Shown piece by piece: positions 28,401 to 35,374 of a stretch of 39,783 bases of DNA (its first letter is position 1; each line of letters starts with the position of its first letter). The notes under the pieces are model-generated. The model was not told where the DNA came from. It worked only from the letters and a program-made list of their open reading frames with translations, and did no database searches. A program made the position numbers and the translations under genes. Source of the stretch: Methanobacteriota archaeon (GTDB lineage: Archaea > Thermoplasmatota > Poseidoniia > Poseidoniales > Poseidoniaceae); assembly GCA_002706065.1 (NCBI GenBank), contig PAJM01000030.1, positions 1 to 39,783 on the forward strand, read 5' to 3'.

Positions 28401-30498
28401 CTGGCCGAGTCAAGATGAGTACGAACCTCGTTCCCTCATCATCCCAACTGACTTGACGCTCTCGACTGGGTTGTACACTTTACTGTTTGATGATTCAATG
28501 GGATCGCAAGGCCAGAAGGTTGCGGGATACCTCGTTGGAATGGATGCCTCGGGCCAAGTCCTAGAAGACGCAGGAACCGGTGAAGATGGTGAGCATTTGT
28601 TCATGTATCAGATTGGACCTGATGGCCCACCTACCTTGTCGGCCACAGCAATGTCATGGACCGATGGAGCCAAACCGTGGTTGCATCCTGGCCAAGCATA
28701 CACGTTGCGAGTTGATATGAGTGAACCCAACGGTGCATCGGACTTAACTACGGTTGAAATCCAACTTGCATCAAACACATTGACCTCACCACTTTCGTTC
28801 ACATGGGATTTCAGAACCGATTCGTGTACATCGAACAGCATTCATTTGATGGTTCACGATTGCCACATGCTTGCACTGGATGGAACGACTGCAGGCCCGT
28901 ACGAAAAAGACACACGGCTGGTAACGGAACTCGAGTTGGCGTGGACGACTCCTGACCTCGGCGATTCGTTCCGTGAACCAAGCGTGAAAATCATCGATCG
29001 AGCAGGACAAGAGGTGGTGCAAACCTTCCCTGCATACCGATGGCGGTTTTCGCCCTCGCTCATGATTCCTCAAGAATCGGTCTCGCTGGTTCTTACGCAA
29101 GGCACGGTTCTTGATGATGGAGCAAGACTCCCACCAAATTCTCCGTTTGAATTGACCGGAGCGTTGGTCTTTGAAACTACGGAATCGCTGCCAGATTTCA
29201 ATTGCAGTGTTGACGTTATGTTTGCAGGTCAAACCTACAATGCAGAAACATACAACGGCATTTGGAATGTTGAACTTCAGTCACCATCGACCTCCGGAAC
29301 CATACCACTCACGTGGTCGGTCGGATGCTTACCTCCACAAGGCGTTGACGCTACAGAGAAAGAATCCTCAGTGAAGTGGATGGTCGTCGACGGGCTTGGA
29401 CCAGAGCCTCAAGAAGTACAAACACCACGTCCCGGTTCAATACTTTCTGCGGAGGAACACGAAGTCACCATCGTTCTGTCAGAGGAAGGTGGAATCGACT
29501 TTGAATCACTCAGACTTGCATGGTGGGTCGAGGATACGGTTACTGGAGAATTCATTCGTGGTGGCGACAGTCCCTTCCTTTTGCAGGGTACAGAGATCAG
29601 CGGACTTAGTCTGGTGGGAACTGGCACAATGGATTTGAGTGTCATCACGGATGAAATGCTCATCGATCGGTTCACTGTTTACGTTCTTGTTGAAGGCCGA
29701 GACCTTGCTGGGAATCAGGTCCTTGGTGGTGAAGGGCAATCCGCTGGAAATGCGATTACGTCCTGGCTCATGGAGTGGAGGCAGCCCAAGTTTGAACTGG
29801 ATACGCCTGCGATTGAATACTCTCGATTGAATCTCCAAACAGGTGATTCGACTGCAGTTCAAATTTTCGTCAAGAACGTTGGTACCTTGGATGGTGTGAC
29901 CGATGCGACCATTTCAGTTATGCGAGCGGACGGCTCATCCGAGGTTCTTCGACAGACTGAAGTTGAAGTTGCAGAGGGTGGTCTTGGGACAATTCTCATC
30001 GATTGGGCTCCTGAACAGGAAGGTCTCCAGTGGATTGAGGTCGCTCTTGAAAACGGTGTGTCCGGTAATGGACCGTCGGTCGATGTTCGTCCAAAGACTG
30101 AACCTACATTCAGTGAAACTGTCTTTGGTGATGTGAATCCAATTCTGGGTTCAATTGGTGCGCTCCTCGGCATCTCAATCATTCTCGCATTGTTGCTCGT
30201 TGCACGGAACGCAACGATTCGTCGAGGTGCGAATTCAGAATACGAATGGGATGAATATTCCGATTATCTCGATGAGGAAGAAGATTACATTGATGATGAT
30301 GCGGATTTGAATCTCAACGATCCAATTACTGAACCAACCACTGCTGAAACTGCAAGCACACACGCTGCAGCATCCACGCAGGCTACAACCGCGGATGGAT
30401 GGACGCAAGGCTCCGATGGTGTATGGTGGTGGCAAAACCAGCAGGACGGAAGCTGGTGGTACAAGGATGCAAACGGTGAAATTCTCCAATACAAATGA
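25405..30498 (+). CDS. Very large membrane-anchored surface protein (1697 aa) with a reelin/MAM-like jelly-roll domain, Ig-like/CARDB-like domains, C-terminal TM and Trp-rich tail
   Basis: Signal GIAFFVLLLFVMG. LPAAALHSTSQFRLQQ...DYWFIDDV. CARDB-like VKNVGTLDG..IDWAP. TM ILGSIGALLGISIILALLLV, acidic stretch, then GWTQGSDGVWWWQNQQDGSWWYKD. Confidence 0.85.
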   Translation: MADSSKGRGIAFFVLLLFVMGPYMAFVPPAPSISLDDAQRIDLVSVGTPVTVNVGPGTATSPSFELDVPTSTGAITSLDLSIQSATMQNSQTLLWEGDAAWNHIDATHNNTFSQSGVLSGDGSAPGYDFNNGAQGWTFSNSYSGRVTTPACGYNGSSGGSIRTYAGSTHATSPTTNLAGRSSIPFHAWVHEGRSGCGETPDSGENLQLKYKNANGQWINFHTFQGGGTQTTNFQYSTILPAAALHSTSQFRLQQTSGSGTCCDYWFIDDVKVVIPPVTAWTSPTFGYNTSNSFSLAEGPYAPMHINADLPLGSTMHWTLIDAQTGDNISGFESIESTRVHLDAVDWERYGSLRIQLLFEGLDSGSMPSVESITAGGLLKDTFSMDPTERGWSLNNSTYLAGAISSLANGTVHSPWFTSNSPLAGYQVAAVAQDFDAYVRHAESDPWTSISLPYSGMLTPNEHAFQLRFMHNSSQPALLDEVQVTMSSGQRAHAPTLDMDGDGLLEWGDPDVRIGSWGFQDHFSNGETTDRDSFGFSGIAETSAWIPASNLKHFAVSISSENGNMTGMSLRVGGSTIVSRTLENATVYRYEINASEQAILQASLNSQSALLNNLGQGFALVNVEVYGNGIVTFSNLAAPYGTMVSVVADQQSPLVMAANSAYRTPQSPSITFPFSGLSNGKLIVEVTNMGFSDDVATGMVTMENASSPLTPSQRWLSFTTRFSVDASRSISLIRLDLQGQNNHATWLLPTGGGAALGQGDSSLVELHPTEPFNISEISATMTEITVKFRVEQGWDDEDWLTASMRLVLDNSVISRPGQYMWSGIGGGQAFENDLVITSVIISGDHGPIDSSTEYLAAGMGLNFSIDVGYEGVEGADAFAPGDAEVQLWQGTTMVANTTSLDVDMWNVSDTAPYSFGDLTWTVRVVPLNGGDVVDESEYTRTFKIDPTAPAVIASTVEWYDHRLASPSQTVQFQILDPVLLPSDVHIMLWREWMDDDDLNGWPSQDEYEPRSLIIPTDLTLSTGLYTLLFDDSMGSQGQKVAGYLVGMDASGQVLEDAGTGEDGEHLFMYQIGPDGPPTLSATAMSWTDGAKPWLHPGQAYTLRVDMSEPNGASDLTTVEIQLASNTLTSPLSFTWDFRTDSCTSNSIHLMVHDCHMLALDGTTAGPYEKDTRLVTELELAWTTPDLGDSFREPSVKIIDRAGQEVVQTFPAYRWRFSPSLMIPQESVSLVLTQGTVLDDGARLPPNSPFELTGALVFETTESLPDFNCSVDVMFAGQTYNAETYNGIWNVELQSPSTSGTIPLTWSVGCLPPQGVDATEKESSVKWMVVDGLGPEPQEVQTPRPGSILSAEEHEVTIVLSEEGGIDFESLRLAWWVEDTVTGEFIRGGDSPFLLQGTEISGLSLVGTGTMDLSVITDEMLIDRFTVYVLVEGRDLAGNQVLGGEGQSAGNAITSWLMEWRQPKFELDTPAIEYSRLNLQTGDSTAVQIFVKNVGTLDGVTDATISVMRADGSSEVLRQTEVEVAEGGLGTILIDWAPEQEGLQWIEVALENGVSGNGPSVDVRPKTEPTFSETVFGDVNPILGSIGALLGISIILALLLVARNATIRRGANSEYEWDEYSDYLDEEEDYIDDDADLNLNDPITEPTTAETASTHAAASTQATTADGWTQGSDGVWWWQNQQDGSWWYKDANGEILQYK

Positions 30499-30536
30499 TG
30501 CATCATTTCTATGAAACCCGACCATGTGGGATTGTC

Positions 30537-32276
30537 ATGAGCGGGCAAGATGAAAGCCTGATTGCTCTGCTTCAACTCAATCCAACCGTTGGCGACATTG
30601 CCGGTAATGCCAAGCGTCTCGAACAGTTTATCGAAGTTGCAGCGTCCTCAGGCGCGGCTGTGAGTGTGAGTACAGAACTCGCAATCTGCGGTTATCCTCC
30701 ACGGGATCTGTTGATGCAATCCAAATTTGTGGAATTGGCTCAGCAATCAGCTCTTGATCTCAAGGTTGAGATGCCATCGTTGATTGGTACACCTACCGTT
30801 CCAGATACTTCCCGGGGGAAACCAGGGAATGGGGTGGTGTTACTCGGTAATGAAGCCCCCGTCAAGGTCGTTGCACGCAAACAATTGTTGCCGACATACG
30901 ATGTCTTTGATGAGGCGCGATATTTTGATTCCGATGATCGTCCAGGAATAGCTCGAACACTTTCTGGGCCGCTTGAATTGGGCGTCACAGTATGTGAGGA
31001 TGCCTGGCAAGTTGCCGGTCAAACACCTTCTGAGTACGATGCAGACCCGATCGAACAATTAGCAGAGTGGGGTCGCCAAGGCGTGAATCTCGATGCCACT
31101 GTGAACCTGTCCGCATCACCCTATCACTCAAATAAAATCCAAACTCGCCTGCACGTGGCTCGAACAGCGGCGAATACGCTTGGACACCCGTTCCTTCTTT
31201 GCAATCAAGTAGGTGGCAACGATGATCTTCTCTTCGATGGACGTTCCCTCGCTGCTTGGCCGTCTGGAGACGTTGTCGTAGCTCCTTCATGGAAAGAGGG
31301 GATTCTCCTCGTCGATATTCACAATCCAGAAGCGGCGCGATGGATTTCGATGGAATCCTCCGATGATGAACTCCTGCATTTTGAACCAGGTGAAACAGGA
31401 GACGGCCGACACGATGTTCTCGAAGAATTGTCAGATGCAGTCGTTGTAGGGTTGCGTGATTATTGTCAAAAGTCAGGAATAAAGCAAATCGTTCTCGGAT
31501 TGAGTGGGGGAATTGATTCTGCAGTAGCAGCCTGCGTAGCGGCCGAAGCGGTTGGACCTGAAAACGTCCTCGGCCTTTCGATGCCTTCTCGATTTTCATC
31601 CCAACATTCAATGGATGATGCCAAATATACAGCAGAATCGCTCGGAATGGAGTATGCCTCAATTCCAATCGATGCACATCATTCAGCCTTGGAGCAACAC
31701 CTCGCGCAAATGCTCGAGAATGGATCTGAAGTTGCTCAAGAGAACATCCAGGCACGTTTGCGTGGGATTCTTGTCATGGCACACGCCAACGCTCAAGGAA
31801 GAATGGCGATTGCAACTGGGAACAAATCTGAGCTTGCACAGGGGTATTGCACATTGTATGGTGATATGGCTGGGGGTTACACGCCGCTTGGCGACGTCTA
31901 CAAAATGGAAGTTTACGGGCTTGCAGAGGTCTTCAACCGCCGAGCAATTGAATCTGGCAAGAAGCCTCCAGTGAATGCTTCGACGTTAACGAAACCACCC
32001 TCTGCAGAACTTGCACCCGATCAACGGGACGATGACACACTTCCTCCATACGAAACACTTGATGCAATTCTCAAGCAACATATCGAACATGGCCTTGGTG
32101 CAGATGCGATTGCAGAGCAGGGTTTTGACCATACGACTGTTGTCTCGGTCTTGCAACGTCTCGAAGCAAATGAGCACAAACGCTGGCAAATGGCACCAGC
32201 ACCTCGGGTATCTTCACGGGCCTTTGGTCAAGGATGGCGTCATCCTCTAGCAAGCAATCACGACTGGCGTCGATAG
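30537..32276 (+). CDS. nadE: Glutamine-dependent NAD+ synthetase
   Basis: Nitrilase-fold domain (QLNPTVGD, TELAICGYPPRD, KQLLPTYDVFDE, VCED) fused to the synthetase domain (GLSGGIDSA, ENIQARLRG, TGNKSE, GYCTLYGD, PPSAEL). Confidence 0.96.
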   Translation: MSGQDESLIALLQLNPTVGDIAGNAKRLEQFIEVAASSGAAVSVSTELAICGYPPRDLLMQSKFVELAQQSALDLKVEMPSLIGTPTVPDTSRGKPGNGVVLLGNEAPVKVVARKQLLPTYDVFDEARYFDSDDRPGIARTLSGPLELGVTVCEDAWQVAGQTPSEYDADPIEQLAEWGRQGVNLDATVNLSASPYHSNKIQTRLHVARTAANTLGHPFLLCNQVGGNDDLLFDGRSLAAWPSGDVVVAPSWKEGILLVDIHNPEAARWISMESSDDELLHFEPGETGDGRHDVLEELSDAVVVGLRDYCQKSGIKQIVLGLSGGIDSAVAACVAAEAVGPENVLGLSMPSRFSSQHSMDDAKYTAESLGMEYASIPIDAHHSALEQHLAQMLENGSEVAQENIQARLRGILVMAHANAQGRMAIATGNKSELAQGYCTLYGDMAGGYTPLGDVYKMEVYGLAEVFNRRAIESGKKPPVNASTLTKPPSAELAPDQRDDDTLPPYETLDAILKQHIEHGLGADAIAEQGFDHTTVVSVLQRLEANEHKRWQMAPAPRVSSRAFGQGWRHPLASNHDWRR

Positions 32277-32313
32277 GCGATGAATACAAGACAATGGTAG
32301 TGGACGCATCGTT

Positions 32314-33156
32314 ATGACGACACAGCATCTCAACATCGCAGGGTACAAGTTCATTGTACTTCCCGATCGCAATGCGTTACGTCAACCCTTCAAACAACGA
32401 TGTGATGAACTTGGACTCAAGGGAACCATCCTCCTCAGTTACGAGGGAATCAATATCTTCGTTGCAGGACCACAGAACGGTATCAACATGTTTCGTTCGT
32501 ATCTTGCAGAAGACGAACGATTCGCAGACATTGAGTTCAAAGAATCCTTTTCCGAACAACAACCGTTCAACCGAATGAATGTTCGACTCAAGACAGAAAT
32601 CATCTCTGTTGGCTTACCTAATTTCGATCGGGTTGAATCAGATGACGGAAGAATTCTTCCTGCCGAACTCCATGAAAAGCTTCTCAACGACGATGACATC
32701 GTTCTTCTTGATACTCGAAACACCTACGAAACACGGCTCGGAACCTTCCAGAATGCCATCGAATTGGATCTCGATACATTTCGTTCGTTTCCACAAGCGG
32801 TCTCGAAACTCGATGAGTCCTACAAAGACAAAGAGATCATCATGTTCTGTACGGGCGGAGTCCGTTGTGAGAAGGCCAGTGTCATCATGAAAGATTCGGG
32901 TTTCTCCAACATTAAGCAACTTGAAGGAGGCATTCTCGGATACTTTGAACAGGTTGGTGGTGACTATTGGGATGGCGAATGCTTTGTCTTTGACAAACGC
33001 GTTGCTCTCCTTCCTGATTTAACTGAAACTGGAACTACGATTTGTTTTGCATGTCGAGAACCGTTGACACCGAAGGAACAATTGCATCCTGCATATGTGC
33101 CTGGCGAATCGTGTTCGTATTGCATCGATCGACGTCAATCCCAGACCATCCACTGA
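32314..33156 (+). CDS. trhO: Rhodanese-family tRNA uridine(34) hydroxylase TrhO (UPF0176)
   Basis: YKF, LKGTILLSYEGIN, LKTEII, LDTRN.YE..GTF, MFCTGGVRCEKA, QLEGGIL.Y, GECFVFDKR, C-terminal Cys cluster. Confidence 0.85.
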   Translation: MTTQHLNIAGYKFIVLPDRNALRQPFKQRCDELGLKGTILLSYEGINIFVAGPQNGINMFRSYLAEDERFADIEFKESFSEQQPFNRMNVRLKTEIISVGLPNFDRVESDDGRILPAELHEKLLNDDDIVLLDTRNTYETRLGTFQNAIELDLDTFRSFPQAVSKLDESYKDKEIIMFCTGGVRCEKASVIMKDSGFSNIKQLEGGILGYFEQVGGDYWDGECFVFDKRVALLPDLTETGTTICFACREPLTPKEQLHPAYVPGESCSYCIDRRQSQTIH

Positions 33157-35291
33157 TCACGAATGGACGGTCGAAGGTATTGATGCAACTCATGGCCATG
33201 TTGGCCATTGTCTGCAATGAACAAGAGATGGTTTGATGTGACTGTCAAACCCCCATATGTTCCCGCATCGGAGTTGTTACCAATTCCAGTCCATACGTCA
33301 AGAACCAGTGAGGGGGTATTGCCCTCGATGGCCCATAGTGCATGACCACTGTTGGTTCCAGAATCATCCAACCCCTGTGCGAGTACGTACAGGACGGAAT
33401 CGACATACGCCATTGTCCGTGGTTGACTTGAGCTTATTCCTGGCAGCAAATCAATCGTTAATTTCGTACCTTGCACGGTGCCGTCGGTTTGACAAAGTTC
33501 CATCCCAGTATTGCTCAAAACACAATCAAACCAAATGGTAACTCCGTCGCTGACAACCTCATTGCTGTGGCCCGGTGCAAGGATGCTCATGCTCAATTCC
33601 TGCAACATTCCGGAGGCAATTGAGTAACCAAACAACGTAGCATCAGCTCCGCGATGGACTGCATCGAACACAAGGACGTCGCCAAGTTGCTGAATACCGA
33701 AGGCAGGTGCAATTACAGAAATCGGCGTTGTTGTGCCTTCTCGAGTTAATGAAGTCAACCATTGGTAGCCTCCATCATGATCCAGTTTCGCCAATTGCCG
33801 ACCAGTGCCATCACTTGCAGCAACAACAAACCCATCATCCATCGATAATCCTTGAGAGGGTGAAGAATCGCCAAAGGGTTGCAAATCATAGATATGCAGG
33901 CTTCCTGTCGTACTGAGGAATACCATCTCGAGACCAGCTTGAGCATCCTTTGCAGCAAACCATAATCCATGTTCATCACCCTGGAGCAATCCTTGACCGA
34001 ACGATGACAAACTCGTCGATTGGTTTACCAAATCAGAAGAAACTACGCTGGAGAACCAAGGTGCTTGCCAAATCGAAGTGGTTACACTACCATTGGTCCA
34101 CCACATTCGATGACCTTGTGACCCGTGGGTTGTGAACACGGCCCCATCCATCCACGTCGTTATTTTCGATGTCCAATCGATCGCATCCCCCGTTTCCATG
34201 TCACCAAGCATCGTGGTTCCTATTGAGGTACCATCACTTACCCAAAGTTCACGTCCGTTGATACCATCATCAGCATCGAAGAAGAATCGAGGTCCTCGTT
34301 CAGTAACAACGGAATGGATTCCAAGTTCGCGACCAGGGACAGAATCACCATTCGAGTGAATATCCATGAGCATGGAGGGGACATTGTTTTGCTGAAGAAT
34401 CCACAGTTCACAACCGTTCAATCCGTCATTCGATGTGAATAACATTATTTCATCAGCATCTGCGTTACTACATTCATTAGAGAAACCATTAGTGACTCCG
34501 GTATTCGAATCGAAAACTAACCCCTCATACAACTGCTCTGAGCAAATTCTCAGAGATTCTCGAACCTCATCATCATGAAGAATTCCATCGCCAGCGGTCG
34601 CTCTGTCTGTCCCATCATCAACACCAAATTCCATGACAATGCCCTTTGGACAAATTGAGGTTGGTGCTTGATGTTGTTCAATCAGTGCCGAGTATCCCTG
34701 TGAACCATCGTCTCCTTGCTGGCCTTCAGGACCCTCATCACCAAGCTGTCCATCACAGACATGTGCAGTTGTTTCGATTTCTTCCTGATCCAAGTAGAGG
34801 TTGCGATTGGTATCAACTCCTGATTCGATCTGGATTCCACCAAACTGACATGGGACACCGGGAGATAATGCTGTGAGGTTGACGAGGCTTGAGTTGCCAT
34901 TGTGGCCGTTTGTTCCGTCAAAACCAGACTGACCTTGTGGACCTGAGAGTCCTTGTTGTCCATGACATACTTTCGTACTGCTCGTGATTTCCTCGGCAGA
35001 GAGTTTTCCGTCCCCATCAAAATCTGTTCCAAGGAAGATGTCGGCCCCTCCCTCAGGGCAATAGACATCAGCCTCCCGACCTTCGGTTTCAACAAGAATT
35101 GAGGAATCCTCTTCACTTGTTGAATCAAGCGCTTCAATCGAATGGTTCAGTACGACTGCCCATATGGAGAGTAAGAGTGCGCTCAGCACAATGGTTGTCT
35201 TGGTCATCTTCACGATGTTTTCTCGTGATAGGAAACGCGAATTGCGTTCATCACGGCGGGCTCCTTGTGTGTTGTTCTCATTTGAGGACAT
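33135..35291 (-). CDS. Membrane-anchored protein with collagen-like/Cys-Ca-loop repeats and a C-terminal ELWxxDGT-repeat beta-propeller
   Basis: TM IVLSALLLSIWAVVL. Three C-x-x-GG/GI...G.D.(D/N)...EE/DE...(V/I)C repeats separated by Gly-X-Y runs. Repeats GCELW, GRELWVSDGT, GMELCQTDGT, GHALW, GHELH. Start moved to ATG 35291 to avoid overlap with the divergent gene. Confidence 0.8.
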   Translation of the reverse strand: MSSNENNTQGARRDERNSRFLSRENIVKMTKTTIVLSALLLSIWAVVLNHSIEALDSTSEEDSSILVETEGREADVYCPEGGADIFLGTDFDGDGKLSAEEITSSTKVCHGQQGLSGPQGQSGFDGTNGHNGNSSLVNLTALSPGVPCQFGGIQIESGVDTNRNLYLDQEEIETTAHVCDGQLGDEGPEGQQGDDGSQGYSALIEQHQAPTSICPKGIVMEFGVDDGTDRATAGDGILHDDEVRESLRICSEQLYEGLVFDSNTGVTNGFSNECSNADADEIMLFTSNDGLNGCELWILQQNNVPSMLMDIHSNGDSVPGRELGIHSVVTERGPRFFFDADDGINGRELWVSDGTSIGTTMLGDMETGDAIDWTSKITTWMDGAVFTTHGSQGHRMWWTNGSVTTSIWQAPWFSSVVSSDLVNQSTSLSSFGQGLLQGDEHGLWFAAKDAQAGLEMVFLSTTGSLHIYDLQPFGDSSPSQGLSMDDGFVVAASDGTGRQLAKLDHDGGYQWLTSLTREGTTTPISVIAPAFGIQQLGDVLVFDAVHRGADATLFGYSIASGMLQELSMSILAPGHSNEVVSDGVTIWFDCVLSNTGMELCQTDGTVQGTKLTIDLLPGISSSQPRTMAYVDSVLYVLAQGLDDSGTNSGHALWAIEGNTPSLVLDVWTGIGNNSDAGTYGGLTVTSNHLLFIADNGQHGHELHQYLRPSIRDQWMVWD

Positions 35292-35314
35292 AATTGCTGG
35301 AGCGACGTCAACCG

Positions 35315-35350
35315 TATCAAAACCATCGGTTGGCAACACGAGTCTTGATG
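35315..35350. promoter_or_regulatory. Divergent promoter region with two variant TATA elements
   Basis: TTGATA on the minus strand (35320-35315) lies 23 nt before ATG 35291. TTGATG on the plus strand (35345-35350) lies 24 nt before ATG 35375. Confidence 0.55.
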
Positions 35351-35374
35351 AAGCATCGATGATTGCATCAATAC

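Noticed and set aside
35347-35369. Imperfect palindrome GATGAAGCATCGATGATTGCATC upstream of AcnX as a possible operator
   Set aside because: Its core ATCGAT is very frequent throughout the window and I saw no second copy upstream of mvk; not supportable.
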